Shown here piece by piece: positions 43,442 through 54,436 of a stretch of 64,000 nt of DNA. Every line of letters starts with the position of its first letter. Position 1 is the stretch's first letter. This DNA comes from Escherichia phage moskry, in sequence record MN850651.1, one strand, 5' to 3'. Under the pieces are notes generated by a model that had not been told where the DNA came from, did no database searches, and saw only the letters and a program-made list of their open reading frames with translations. Made by a program: the position numbers and the translations under genes.

Positions 43442-43929
43442 GTTTGAATAATCTCAATGATTTCGTCTCGGGATAATCCATTGATAAGAACTGTTTTAGG
43501 CCCGTCAGTTTGGATTTTGTATGATTCAAACAATACACACAACTCTTCTGCTGTATGATATGGGCTTGAGATTCCGAGACGGTTGAATTTGTCGGTAAGA
43601 GGGTCGCAAATAATATAGAATTTGATACCTGCGATATGTACGTTTGGTTGACTAATATTAATGAACACATTAGCGTCATATTTAGTCAAATTGTTTTGAA
43701 GAAATTCTACCATAGCATTAACTGCTTCTGGCATCGCTTCGCGTTTCTCTTCAGCGTATCGGGTTGAATACTCTTTTTGTTTTACTTTCTTTTTAAGATT
43801 TTTGGCCAGTGTAACACGTAGGTCAGTAAGATAACCAACTGGACGTCCTTTCTTAAAGACCCGGATTCCGTCAGTTGTGTCTCCAAAAGCGTTTACGACC
43901 ATATCGTTAGTAATCAATTGCATATTCAT
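43429..43929 (-). CDS. alc: Alc, inhibitor of host transcription on dC-containing DNA
   Basis: Track ORF 180 aa; internal start MNMQLITNDMVVNAFGDTTDGIR with GAGGAG SD; early promoter lies downstream of the track start, supporting the shorter form (about 166 aa; T4 Alc 167 aa). Confidence 0.85.
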   Translation of the reverse strand: MNMQLITNDMVVNAFGDTTDGIRVFKKGRPVGYLTDLRVTLAKNLKKKVKQKEYSTRYAEEKREAMPEAVNAMVEFLQNNLTKYDANVFINISQPNVHIAGIKFYIICDPLTDKFNRLGISSPYHTAEELCVLFESYKIQTDGPKTVLINGLSRDEIIEIIQTCLK

Positions 43930-43956
43930 AATTTTCTCCTCGTGTTGTTGATAAAC

Positions 43957-43988
43957 CCATAGTATCACCATCCTTGGTGTTTGTAAAC
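43957..43988 (-). promoter_or_regulatory. Early-type promoter upstream of alc
   Basis: GTTTAC-N18-TACTATGG on minus strand between rnlA and alc. Confidence 0.6.
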
Positions 43989-43990
43989 CG

Positions 43991-45124
<1,134 letters not shown>

Positions 45125-45141
45125 TCAGTTAGTTTTTTTAA

Positions 45142-45171
45142 ATTGTACCACAATCCTTGTGGTATGTAAAC
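45142..45171 (-). promoter_or_regulatory. Early-type promoter upstream of rnlA with a hairpin in the spacer
   Basis: GTTTAC-N18-TACAAT on minus strand; spacer contains inverted repeat TACCACA...TGTGGTA. Confidence 0.55.
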
Positions 45172-45581
45172 TACTTTTTCTTATGTTGGATATTCCAAGG
45201 CGGGTTGAACTTTTTGATAAAAAGTGGTTCTTCAAGGTCCATTGTTGCGATGGTCATTGAACCAAGTTCGTTGGTGACTGAAAGGTCAAAACATTGGCGG
45301 GCCCAGAATTCAACCTTTTTGCCTTGCATTAAGGCATCCAAAATCATAAGTGATTTTCTTGAATCTGAAGTCTGGTCTTTTCGATTTATGGCTGTTCGAT
45401 AATAGTTAATGCGTTTCTTTAAATTCTTGGTTTTACCAATATACACAAGTTCGTCATCTATAGCAATAGCGTATATGACATTTTTCTTATTAGGGACATC
45501 AACTGTTTTAATTGTTGCATCTTCTAATAGCTCCAATTCTGTATATTTAATAAAGGAATATTCGGCGGCAATATCTTTCAT
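45171..45581 (-). CDS. denA: Endonuclease II
   Basis: 136 aa as in T4 DenA; YAIAIDDELVYIGKTKNLKKRINYYRT...FNPPWNIQHKKK. Confidence 0.95.
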   Translation of the reverse strand: MKDIAAEYSFIKYTELELLEDATIKTVDVPNKKNVIYAIAIDDELVYIGKTKNLKKRINYYRTAINRKDQTSDSRKSLMILDALMQGKKVEFWARQCFDLSVTNELGSMTIATMDLEEPLFIKKFNPPWNIQHKKK

Positions 45582-45587
45582 AATAAA

Positions 45588-45603
45588 GTGGGACCGAAGT
45601 CCC
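45588..45603 (-). terminator. Hairpin between nrdB and denA (UUCG tetraloop)
   Basis: GGGAC-cgaa-GTCCC on plus strand; short stem. Confidence 0.45.
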
Positions 45604-45607
45604 GTCC

Positions 45608-46786
45608 TTAGAAATATTTTTTGTATGAATTGATTACATTTTGGTCTACATCATTATCAATTTGTGCGACAAGATAAGAACTGATTTCAACTTCCTGAGG
45701 AGCTGCTTGAACTAAATCAGAGTTCAGATATTCACGAATCCAAGGATACGGATGCTTGGTCGGAGCATCAGTGATTGGGCATGGCAAACCACACTGTTTC
45801 ATACGAGACACAGTCAAGTAATCAACAAAAGCACACATACTCTGCGTATTGATACCTGGACATGTACCATCTTTAAAGAGGTGTGCAGCCCATTCCTTCT
45901 CTTGACTATTTACTTCCATAAAAATGTCAACTGCTTCTTGTTCACATTCTTTAGCAATTTGAACCCACTCATCACCGTCAGTACCAGATTGAAGTTGACG
46001 GATAATGTACTGAGTACCCTTGAGATGGAGTTGTTCGTCACGAGCAATGAACTTCATAATCTTTGCATTGCCTTCCATAATTTCCATATTTTTATGGAAG
46101 TTGAAAGTACATGCAAATGATACATAAAAACGAATAGCTTCTAAGGCGTTGATAACATGCAAACAGAGATAAAGAGACTTCATTAGGTCATGTTTACATT
46201 CTTCCATGTGCATAAGACTATTTGAATACGCATCTAAATCATATTCATTTTCGGAAAAACATTTAAAAATTTCTTTAGCATTTTCCCATTCACGGGTTTT
46301 AATCAGAACGTCATCATAATAACGTCCAATGGATTCAGCTCGTTTCATAATAGCTTCATCTAATACAATTTCATCAAATACCTTCGATGGATCGGTATAA
46401 AGATTTCGCATAATATGAGTATACGAACGAGAGTGAATAGTTTCACTGAATGTCCATGTTGCGACCCATGTATCTAATGAAGGGTCAGAAATCAGTGCCA
46501 TAAGTACCGCAGATGGGGCCCTGCCTTGGATAGAATCTAATAATGATTGATACTTAAGATTGTTTGTAAAGATGTCCTGTTGGAACTGAGGAAGCTTATT
46601 GAACTGTGCAGAGTCCAACATCAAGTTTACCTCTTCTGGGCGCCAGAAAAATGACAAGGATTTTTCTATAAGTTCTTCGAAAACTTTATGACGCTGAATA
46701 TCATACCGTGCGAGGCCAAGACCAGAACCAAAGAACATCGGTTCATTCAAAACATCGACTTGTTGCGTGTTAAAAACTGTACTCAT
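45608..46786 (-). CDS. nrdB: Aerobic ribonucleotide reductase beta subunit
   Basis: 392 aa uninterrupted ORF (no group I intron, unlike T4 nrdB); di-iron/tyrosyl radical protein family. Confidence 0.93.
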   Translation of the reverse strand: MSTVFNTQQVDVLNEPMFFGSGLGLARYDIQRHKVFEELIEKSLSFFWRPEEVNLMLDSAQFNKLPQFQQDIFTNNLKYQSLLDSIQGRAPSAVLMALISDPSLDTWVATWTFSETIHSRSYTHIMRNLYTDPSKVFDEIVLDEAIMKRAESIGRYYDDVLIKTREWENAKEIFKCFSENEYDLDAYSNSLMHMEECKHDLMKSLYLCLHVINALEAIRFYVSFACTFNFHKNMEIMEGNAKIMKFIARDEQLHLKGTQYIIRQLQSGTDGDEWVQIAKECEQEAVDIFMEVNSQEKEWAAHLFKDGTCPGINTQSMCAFVDYLTVSRMKQCGLPCPITDAPTKHPYPWIREYLNSDLVQAAPQEVEISSYLVAQIDNDVDQNVINSYKKYF

Positions 46787-46841
46787 TATATTTTCTCACT
46801 TAGTTATTAACTCATCCATGAGTAAATTATAATCAAAAGTC

Positions 46842-49097
46842 TTAAAGCTTACAAGCAGAACAATCTTCAGCTTTAGGTGTTTCTAATTCATAGTCATCTG
46901 TACCTGACCCATCACGAGTGTTATGATAGTAGAGGTTTTTTCCGCCAAAGTACCAGAAGTAAAGCAGATCGTCAAGCATTACAGACATTGGCACTTTGCC
47001 TTTCTCAAAGACTGAAGGGTCGTAGTATGTATTAGCAGAAGCAGATTGGCACACCCATTTTAACATGATAACAACTTGTGTCAGATAAGGCTTATTACCT
47101 TTCTTAGCGAGTTTCCACGCATAGTCATAAAGACCCATGTTGTGTTCAATATTAGGAACTACTTGACGGAAATTACCTTCTTTAGATTCTTTAATACTTA
47201 CTGGGCCACGAGGTGGTTCAATACCATTTGTGCTATTTGAGACCTGGCTGCTTGATTCGCATGGCATGAGAGCACTGAGTGTACTGTTACGAATCCCGTG
47301 TTCTTTAAGTTCGGCTCGTAGTTCTTCCCAATCACATACATAGTTTGGGGCTGCGATTTGGTCAATTTTTTTATTGTACCAGTCGATAGGTAATTCGCCT
47401 CGAGACCATTTAGTGTCTGAATAATACTCGCAACGTCCTTTTTCTTTGGCGAGTTTGATTGATGCTTTGATAAGGCCATATTGCAATCTCTCAAACAATT
47501 CATGAGTCAAATCGTTAGCGTCTTCATATGAAGCGAAGTTAGAAGCTAACCATGCAGCATAGTTCGTAACACCAACACCAAGATTACGACGCTTTTTGGC
47601 TTTTAAAGCTTCTGGAACCGGATAATCTTGATAGTCTAACAGGTTATCAAGTGCACGTACTTGTACTTCGGCAAGTTCATTAATTTTATCTTGGTCTTGC
47701 CAATCAAATTTATCTAACACGAATGCAGATAATGTGCATAAACCAATTTCAGCATCAGGACCATTCACATCATTAGTTGGAATAGCGATTTCACAACATA
47801 AGTTACTCTGACGAATTGGAGCTTTTTCACGAATAAACGGAGTGTAGTTATTCGTGTTATCAACAAACTGTGGATAAATTCGAGCAGTACCAGAGCGTTC
47901 AGTCATGAACAATTCAAAGAGTTCTAGTGCTTTGATTCTTTTCTTTCTGATTGTTGGGTCTTTTTCAGCTTTCTCATAAAGCTCACGGAATTTATCTTGA
48001 TCTTCAAAGAACGAGTAATATAGTTCGCCTGACATTTCGTGAGGGCTAAATAAAGTAATATAATCATTTTTGCCAAGGCGTTCCATCATAAGGTCATTAA
48101 TCTGAATTCCGTAGTCCATATGACGAATACGGTTTTCATCCACACCTTTGTTATTTTTCAGAACTAATAGGTTCTCTACTTCTAAGTGCCACATCGGATA
48201 ATACGCTGTAGCAGCACCACCACGAATACCACCTTGAGAACAAGATTTTACTGCAGTTTGGAAATGTTTCCAGAATGGAATAACACCCGTATGTCGAACT
48301 TCACCCATACCGATCTTAGAACCTTCTGCACGAAGCATACCAACGTTGATACCAATACCAGCTCGTTTAGAAATATATTCAATAATCGATGCTGAAGTTT
48401 TGTTAATAGATTTTAACGAATCACCGGCTTCAATAACTACACAACTAGAGAACTGGCGAGTTGGAGTACGAGCACCTGCCATAATTGGGGTTGGCAATGA
48501 AACTTGATGAGTAGAAACGGCATCATAAAAACGAATAATATGTTTCAAACGGTCATGAGTTTCGTTTTGGTGTAAGGCCATGCCAATAGCCATGATAGCA
48601 AACTGGGGAGTTTCATAAATCTTCCCAGTTGTTTTATCTTTAACTAGATATTTTTCTTTAAGCTGCATAGCACCAGCATAAGTCAGGTCAAAGTCTCGTT
48701 CATGTTTAATCTGTGAATCGAGATAAATGATTTCTTCTGCTGAATATTGAGACAACAGCTCAGGGTCATATTTGCCTTCATTAACACAATAAGAAATATG
48801 GTCGATAAAAGCAGGCGGTTCAAACTGCCCATATACATCTTTACGAAGTGCAAACATTAGCCCTTTGGCGGCGACATACTGATAATCAGGTTCTTCGACA
48901 GAAATCGAGTTAGCTGCAACTTTAATACAAATCTTCTGGATATCTTTGGTGCTCATCCCGTCGACAAGATGGGTCTTAATTTCTTCGTACAATTCATATG
49001 GGTCAATTTGTGTTCCTTCACATTGCCAGGTCAGAACTTGGATAATTTTCTGTGCATCAAAATTTTGGGATACGCCACTGCTCTTAGTTACTTGCAT
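46842..49097 (-). CDS. nrdA: Aerobic ribonucleotide reductase alpha subunit
   Basis: 751 aa; T4 NrdA 754 aa; C-terminal CxxC; adjacent to nrdB with no mobE in between. Confidence 0.95.
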   Translation of the reverse strand: MQVTKSSGVSQNFDAQKIIQVLTWQCEGTQIDPYELYEEIKTHLVDGMSTKDIQKICIKVAANSISVEEPDYQYVAAKGLMFALRKDVYGQFEPPAFIDHISYCVNEGKYDPELLSQYSAEEIIYLDSQIKHERDFDLTYAGAMQLKEKYLVKDKTTGKIYETPQFAIMAIGMALHQNETHDRLKHIIRFYDAVSTHQVSLPTPIMAGARTPTRQFSSCVVIEAGDSLKSINKTSASIIEYISKRAGIGINVGMLRAEGSKIGMGEVRHTGVIPFWKHFQTAVKSCSQGGIRGGAATAYYPMWHLEVENLLVLKNNKGVDENRIRHMDYGIQINDLMMERLGKNDYITLFSPHEMSGELYYSFFEDQDKFRELYEKAEKDPTIRKKRIKALELFELFMTERSGTARIYPQFVDNTNNYTPFIREKAPIRQSNLCCEIAIPTNDVNGPDAEIGLCTLSAFVLDKFDWQDQDKINELAEVQVRALDNLLDYQDYPVPEALKAKKRRNLGVGVTNYAAWLASNFASYEDANDLTHELFERLQYGLIKASIKLAKEKGRCEYYSDTKWSRGELPIDWYNKKIDQIAAPNYVCDWEELRAELKEHGIRNSTLSALMPCESSSQVSNSTNGIEPPRGPVSIKESKEGNFRQVVPNIEHNMGLYDYAWKLAKKGNKPYLTQVVIMLKWVCQSASANTYYDPSVFEKGKVPMSVMLDDLLYFWYFGGKNLYYHNTRDGSGTDDYELETPKAEDCSACKL

Positions 49098-49393
49098 ATG
49101 TCCTCTATATTAAATTCGTCTTTAAAAAGTTTATTAACCACTAGAGCTATTATATCACCATGACAGGCTTTTGGTTTACATGTGCATCCCAGACGCATAC
49201 CACGTAAAGGTTCTAGATGAGCTTTTGTGATTTCTCCACACTTAATTCTCTTAATAAAATCCTTTTTGAAAAGCTCAATAGCTTCTTCTCGGGAAGAGGC
49301 ATCCTTGCCTACATAATTTCCCCAGAATGTGCCACGATGAATATTAACATCAAAATCGGATTTATATTTATTCACAACGCGGCACATTTTCAT
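49088..49393 (-). CDS. Hypothetical protein (nrdA.1 position)
   Basis: 101 aa ORF, Cys-rich (CGE...CTCKPKACHGD). Confidence 0.7.
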   Translation of the reverse strand: MKMCRVVNKYKSDFDVNIHRGTFWGNYVGKDASSREEAIELFKKDFIKRIKCGEITKAHLEPLRGMRLGCTCKPKACHGDIIALVVNKLFKDEFNIEDICK

Positions 49394-49647
49394 TACATGT
49401 CCTCTGCAATAATTTCTTCGTATTCTTTAGGAGTCAAGACCGTGATATTAAAATAAACCAACGGTTCTTTTTCTATACCGAATCCACCACAGAATTCACG
49501 ATATTCATAAATTCGTTCATGTGAATAACAAATGAATCGTTCACCTTTAACTGTGATTTCACTATTTGGTGAAGGGATATCCAGTTCACTTGGATTTTTC
49601 ATTTCAAAAATTGTGGTGCCATATGAATTAATAAAACGTAAAATCAT
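49393..49647 (-). CDS. Hypothetical protein (nrdA.2 position)
   Basis: 84 aa ORF between td and nrdA.1. Confidence 0.7.
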   Translation of the reverse strand: MILRFINSYGTTIFEMKNPSELDIPSPNSEITVKGERFICYSHERIYEYREFCGGFGIEKEPLVYFNITVLTPKEYEEIIAEDM

Positions 49648-49648
49648 T

Positions 49649-50509
49649 TTATACCGCCATTTTAGCTTTGATAGCTGGATGAGATTCGTAATTTTTAAGA
49701 ACGAAATCAGAATGTGTCATCGTTCCAGTAACCCAGTCCATTTGGATTTTTGTAGGCCAATTCTCAAAATTACTAGGCCAATTAATTTCAAGAGAACATA
49801 ACTCTTTAGGTTCACGACGAAGAACTTCTTTGCATTGTTCTACATGATTGCTGTAGATATGCGTGTTGCCGCCTGAGAACACTAAATCACCTGGGATAAG
49901 GTTACACATCTTCGCTACAATATGCGTCAAGGCAGCGTACGAGGCAATGTTGAACGGCAGGCCCAAGAAAACATCTACACTGCGTTGATACCATTGTAAA
50001 TCAAGATGCCCATTACGCACATTAAATTGATAGAACATATGACAAGGAGGAAGAGCCATTTGGTCAATTTCGGCAGGGTTCCATGCAGAAACTATTTGAC
50101 GACGATCATTAGGAAGAGCTTTAATACGGTCGATAGTTTTGACCAATTGGTCTACACCACCAAAATCACGCCATTGCTTACCATAAATAGGACCAAGTTC
50201 GCCGCTATGATATCCAAGGTCTTTTGCCTGATTTTCATAGTTGTCGTCCCAAATAGTTTTACCTTGAATAAGACTACCATGAGTACGAATACGCAAATCA
50301 TTAACATTGGTAGAACCAGACATGAACCACAGTAACTCGGCAATACAAGCTTTCCATGCAAGCTTCTTGGTTGTTACTGCAGGAAATCCTTTAGTAAGGT
50401 CCCAACGCAATTTAGTTCCGAATAGAGCAATTGTTCCTGTGCCTGTTCGGTCGTCTGTTTCGTAGCCATTTTCTAAGATATCTTTAATCAGGTATTGGTA
50501 TTGTTTCAT
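49649..50509 (-). CDS. td: Thymidylate synthase (intron-less)
   Basis: 286 aa continuous ORF, same length as spliced T4 TS; motifs LPPCH and DRRQIVSAWNP; no intron or I-TevI. Confidence 0.96.
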   Translation of the reverse strand: MKQYQYLIKDILENGYETDDRTGTGTIALFGTKLRWDLTKGFPAVTTKKLAWKACIAELLWFMSGSTNVNDLRIRTHGSLIQGKTIWDDNYENQAKDLGYHSGELGPIYGKQWRDFGGVDQLVKTIDRIKALPNDRRQIVSAWNPAEIDQMALPPCHMFYQFNVRNGHLDLQWYQRSVDVFLGLPFNIASYAALTHIVAKMCNLIPGDLVFSGGNTHIYSNHVEQCKEVLRREPKELCSLEINWPSNFENWPTKIQMDWVTGTMTHSDFVLKNYESHPAIKAKMAV

Positions 50510-51093
50510 TTATAAACGCTCTCAGTAATTTCGGTGAGTTCATCGATTCTGTAGTAATGAGATTCTACCATAGAACGTTGAAGCATAATATCTTGGATGA
50601 AATCTTTATCAAGTTGAACGTCTGAATTAACACGAGATTTCTTAATGATTTTAGTCATCACGATTTCATCGGCATAAGGCAGTGCTTGTTTCAACAGAGC
50701 TGGACCGCCAATAACCGAGACATCAACATGTTCAGTAGAAAGTTTAAACGGTACGTCAGTTGCAGGGCTAAACAGGTTAATTTCACCACCTGTTACCAAG
50801 GTAATAAATTCAGATTGGGTGATATAGAACCGTGCAAGTTCATCAGTTTTAGTCCTAGGCAGTTTTCTGGCCATATCAGTGACAACCACATGAGTACGAT
50901 CTGGGAGTAGACGAGGTAATGATGCAAAAGTCTTAGCACCCATAACCATTACAGTGTTTTTAGTGCGAGCAACAAAGTTACTCATATCTTGTTTGATATG
51001 CTTCCATGGAAGTCCATCACCTAATCCAAAAGCATATTCCAGTTTATCATCAACTGTTTTAGACGGTGCGCATGCGAATACTAATTTAAGCAT
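50506..51093 (-). CDS. frd: Dihydrofolate reductase
   Basis: 195 aa; T4 Frd 193 aa; td-frd overlap as in T4. Confidence 0.93.
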   Translation of the reverse strand: MLKLVFACAPSKTVDDKLEYAFGLGDGLPWKHIKQDMSNFVARTKNTVMVMGAKTFASLPRLLPDRTHVVVTDMARKLPRTKTDELARFYITQSEFITLVTGGEINLFSPATDVPFKLSTEHVDVSVIGGPALLKQALPYADEIVMTKIIKKSRVNSDVQLDKDFIQDIMLQRSMVESHYYRIDELTEITESVYK

Positions 51094-51095
51094 TT

Positions 51096-51344
51096 TTATT
51101 TCCTCAGATTTTTCTTAACAACTTTCCAATCAGCTTTAAATGATTCAACATCAGAGTGGTGAATCCAGAATCCTGCGCTTTCACCATCTTCGTAGAGTGG
51201 ACATCCATCACATTCTTCGTTCCAACCCATTTCACGTAAAGCTTCTTCAGCTTGTTCAAGGAGTTCAGCGTCTTTACCGACGATGTTGAAGTACCATTTA
51301 CCTCTAACTTCTGAATCTTTGATGCTCTGGCGTTGCAATCTCAT
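51096..51344 (-). CDS. Hypothetical protein (frd.1 position)
   Basis: 82 aa ORF. Confidence 0.7.
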   Translation of the reverse strand: MRLQRQSIKDSEVRGKWYFNIVGKDAELLEQAEEALREMGWNEECDGCPLYEDGESAGFWIHHSDVESFKADWKVVKKNLRK

Positions 51345-51407
51345 TTTATTCTCCTCTTCACTTTTATTTTATAGGGCTACTATAACATAGCCCTATCTTG
51401 TTATAAA

Positions 51408-51800
51408 CTACTTTTTAAAAGTTTTTTGCAAAAGTTTGATGATTTCGTCGACGTTAGTTTCATCCACGATACAATGGATTTTTGTTACACCTAAAGTTAT
51501 ACCTTCGTTAGTAGGTTGAGGCTTTACTAAATCTACCTCAGTAAAGTATTTGAACTCGTCAGGATAAATCTCAAAATAAGTTTCAATTTCACCACCGGCA
51601 GAACATACAGTACCATCTTCCATAGTTACACTTACTACGTTTGACGTATCGCTATCATAATCAGGTTCCATTCCGTTTACAACAAAACTAGGCCCGTGGA
51701 GTTCAATCAATTTTAACATCTTAGCGTTATTGTGTGGTGCTTCTTGAACAAAGTCGTCTTTAAATAAAGGGTTAATGATATAAGATTTTCCGATTTCCAT
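51408..51800 (-). CDS. Hypothetical protein (frd.2 position)
   Basis: Track ORF 163 aa overlaps upstream gene; internal ATG (MEIGKSYII...) preceded by GAGGAAA and following the upstream stop gives about 130 aa. Confidence 0.65.
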   Translation of the reverse strand: MEIGKSYIINPLFKDDFVQEAPHNNAKMLKLIELHGPSFVVNGMEPDYDSDTSNVVSVTMEDGTVCSAGGEIETYFEIYPDEFKYFTEVDLVKPQPTNEGITLGVTKIHCIVDETNVDEIIKLLQKTFKK

Positions 51801-51810
51801 TTTGATTTCC

Positions 51811-52062
51811 TCATTTGTTGATGTGTTGTAATAAAGATTCTGCAAACGTCTCATATGATTCCAGGTGTTCTTCTTTAATGCGAACTGCATGATTATCACC
51901 CGAAGAATAGAACATCTGTACGATAAGAGCTTCGTAATCAGACGAAATACATGCTACGTTTTCCGACTTCAGGCATTCATTGTATGTCGCAACTGGGTCA
52001 GTGAAAGCTGCAACGTTTTTGCTACCGCAGTAATCCATACTTCTTTGAATAATAAAAATCAT
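51811..52062 (-). CDS. Hypothetical protein (frd.3 position)
   Basis: 83 aa ORF, first gene after an early-type promoter below gene 32. Confidence 0.7.
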   Translation of the reverse strand: MIFIIQRSMDYCGSKNVAAFTDPVATYNECLKSENVACISSDYEALIVQMFYSSGDNHAVRIKEEHLESYETFAESLLQHINK

Positions 52063-52090
52063 TTTATTTTCCTCTCATTTGTCGATAAGT

Positions 52091-52121
52091 CTATAGTATC
52101 ATGTTTAAAGGAAAAGTAAAC
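52091..52121 (-). promoter_or_regulatory. Early-type promoter downstream of gene 32, driving the frd.3-frd-td operon
   Basis: GTTTAC-N17-TACTATAG on minus strand. Confidence 0.6.
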
Positions 52122-52152
52122 AACTTTTTCGGCAATTTACAGATACTCAAAA

Positions 52153-52170
52153 GGGAGACCGAAGTCTCCC
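52153..52170 (-). terminator. Intrinsic terminator after gene 32
   Basis: Minus sense GGGAGAC-UUCG-GUCUCCC followed by UUUUGAG. Confidence 0.8.
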
Positions 52171-52176
52171 AATTTA

Positions 52177-53076
52177 TTATAGACCAGCTAACAGGTCATC
52201 GAGGTCGCCATCGTCAGAAGACGAGGAACTCATGAAGTCATCTTCAGTTTTTGCAGAACCAAAGGCTTCCATGTCTTTATCAAAATCATCAAGGTCAGAA
52301 GCAACTTTATCTGCAACAGAAGCTGCTGCGGCTGCTGCACCACCAAGAGCGGCAGTACCAAGAACTTGATTAAATTTAGTATTCAATTCTTCAAACGATT
52401 TGAACTTATCTTTAGAAGTCATTTCAGAAAGGTCGACCATTTGTTCGAACAATTCTTTTTGGAAAGATTCATCATCAATGTTTGGAATCGCAGATTGATT
52501 CAGGAATTTAGATTCATCGTAGTTACTGAAACCAGAAACCTGTTTAACTTTCAGCACAAAGTTAGCACCTTCCCATGGGCAAGTTACATCAACAGGAGTT
52601 TCACCCATTTCAGTATCGACTGCAATCATTGCATTGATTTTGTCCCAAATCTTTTTACCGAAACGATATTTGAATACTTTACCTTCATTATCTGGAGCTT
52701 GTGGGTCTTTAACAACCAGAATATTAGCCCAATAAGAAGTTTTACGTTTCAGTTGAGAATATTCAGTTTTGTTGGTATTGTACAGGTCATTTTTACTAAT
52801 GTACTGACATACAGGACAAGAGTCATAATCGCCGTGTGTAGATGAACAGGTTTCAATATACCATTTACCATTTTTCTTGAACCCGTGGTTAACAAGAATT
52901 GTAAACGGAAGTGCGTCATCTGTTTTTGCCGGCAGGAAACGAATTACCGCTTGACCATTACCGGATGCATCGAGTTTCAGCTTCCATTCACCTTTATCTT
53001 CTGAAGAGAAACCTTTGTTACCATTCAGTTTAGCCATCTGAGCTGCGAGGTCTGCGGTACTTTTACGTTTAAACAT
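52177..53076 (-). CDS. 32: Single-stranded DNA-binding protein gp32
   Basis: 299 aa; [36 protein letters not shown]; acidic C-terminus; T4 gp32 301 aa. Confidence 0.97.
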   Translation of the reverse strand: MFKRKSTADLAAQMAKLNGNKGFSSEDKGEWKLKLDASGNGQAVIRFLPAKTDDALPFTILVNHGFKKNGKWYIETCSSTHGDYDSCPVCQYISKNDLYNTNKTEYSQLKRKTSYWANILVVKDPQAPDNEGKVFKYRFGKKIWDKINAMIAVDTEMGETPVDVTCPWEGANFVLKVKQVSGFSNYDESKFLNQSAIPNIDDESFQKELFEQMVDLSEMTSKDKFKSFEELNTKFNQVLGTAALGGAAAAAASVADKVASDLDDFDKDMEAFGSAKTEDDFMSSSSSDDGDLDDLLAGL

Positions 53077-53146
53077 TTTATTTGCCTTTATTTAGATTAT
53101 TAATTAAATTTTACAGTTGGTTGCTACGACACTTATACCTCGTAGC
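53077..53146 (-). promoter_or_regulatory. Gene 32 leader: A/U-rich unstructured segment plus upstream hairpin (candidate autogenous translational operator)
   Basis: mRNA sense ...GCUACGA-loop-UCGUAGC...AAAAUUUAAUUAAUAAUCUAAAUAAAGGCAAAUAAA-AUG; resembles the T4 gene 32 operator. Confidence 0.55.
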
Positions 53147-53193
53147 TGGTATGTTTTATTTATATGGTAATTCTAACACAGATAAAATAAAGC

Positions 53194-53847
53194 TTAATAC
53201 TTACATGATTTTATTGTTTCTATGAACAATTTCTTAGCAGCATTTACATCGATTTGAAGTATTTTTCGATATGCCTTTAATTTGGTAGAATAATTTTGCC
53301 AGACTAAATTGTCAGTGAGTTCGTCGTGCTTATCTATAATATTCAAAAATGAGTCCAACAATAAGAAAGTCTCAAATGAAATTATATTGCTTTGTAGCAA
53401 TTTGAATATGTAGCTCGACTGAACGTTGTTATTATAATCAAATATCTCTTGAAGCGCACTAACTTCAACTTTCTTACTGAAATAGTAGATGTTACGTACG
53501 TCTTCAGCAAACGTCTCTTTAGCTTGTTTGAGACGTCCAATATATTCCCTATAGAAAACTAATGCATCAGCGTCTGATATCTCACCAATCCATGCGTCTT
53601 GGTTAGCAACTAAGTTGCTTATGAATATCAAGGTGAGTTCCTTCAATTTATATTTCTCTGCTAGTTTTTCAAAGAAATATTTATCTCGGCGTTTTTGATA
53701 CGCATTATCCGAAACACGCATGCACCAGTTATATTTGATTACGTCATACCGACCATTAAAATGTTGTTTGCACATCAAGTATAGTTTGTATACCGATTTT
53801 CCGTTAATATAACGTTCTCCATCAGGAGGCATGCGTATTTTAATCAT
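53194..53847 (-). CDS. 59: Helicase loader gp59
   Basis: 217 aa as in T4 gp59; MIKIRMPPDGERYINGKSVYKLYLM; no segG between 32 and 59. Confidence 0.93.
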   Translation of the reverse strand: MIKIRMPPDGERYINGKSVYKLYLMCKQHFNGRYDVIKYNWCMRVSDNAYQKRRDKYFFEKLAEKYKLKELTLIFISNLVANQDAWIGEISDADALVFYREYIGRLKQAKETFAEDVRNIYYFSKKVEVSALQEIFDYNNNVQSSYIFKLLQSNIISFETFLLLDSFLNIIDKHDELTDNLVWQNYSTKLKAYRKILQIDVNAAKKLFIETIKSCKY

Positions 53848-54182
53848 AATAAGAAATCTAACGTATTAGTTTTTTCACCACGAGCAACTGACGGGCGAAG
53901 CATGTTTTCGTCAATTGCTTCGCTTGTAATTTTTTCAACAATTCCTGTAGGAATAAATTTAGCAAATTGTGTTTCTGGAATAGAATTTTCTTCCAAGAAA
54001 GCAGTTGTTGCTTCTAAATAAGACATACCAAATTGTTCAACCATAGATTCGATAATGAATCCGTTTTCTTGACGGTCAAGCAATTTAGCGATATCATCTT
54101 TATCATGTTTTACTGCTAATTCTTGTTCAGATAAACCGGCCTCATCAACCGGTTTAATATCACTTAGTGAAAACTGTGTCAT
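53844..54182 (-). CDS. 33: Late transcription co-activator gp33
   Basis: 112 aa as in T4 gp33; synteny 59-33-dsbA. Confidence 0.9.
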   Translation of the reverse strand: MTQFSLSDIKPVDEAGLSEQELAVKHDKDDIAKLLDRQENGFIIESMVEQFGMSYLEATTAFLEENSIPETQFAKFIPTGIVEKITSEAIDENMLRPSVARGEKTNTLDFLL

Positions 54183-54429
54183 AAAGCTCGACTACCTCTT
54201 CATTTTCAGCTTCAAATTGGTCACGAGCGTCTTTATGATAAAGAGCTAACAAACGATTAAACATTTTTCCATCAACGCCAAGCTCTTCTTTAGCACGAGT
54301 ACGAATGTCTTTAATCAGTTCATTATAACCAGAAATTTTAAGTTTGTTATCGGAAGCTTCCTTGACTAGTTTAGCCAGTTCTTCACCATGCACATCTTGA
54401 TTAAATTCAACTGCTTCTTTCTTAGCCAT
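54160..54429 (-). CDS. dsbA: DsbA double-stranded DNA-binding protein (late transcription enhancer)
   Basis: Track ORF 95 aa; start at MAKKEAVEF gives 89 aa as in T4 DsbA, has GAGG SD and avoids overlap with rnh. Confidence 0.88.
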   Translation of the reverse strand: MAKKEAVEFNQDVHGEELAKLVKEASDNKLKISGYNELIKDIRTRAKEELGVDGKMFNRLLALYHKDARDQFEAENEEVVELYDTVFTK

Positions 54430-54436
54430 GTTTACC

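Noticed and set aside
45608-50509. Group I introns in td or nrdB
   Set aside because: Both ORFs are continuous and full length relative to the spliced T4 proteins.
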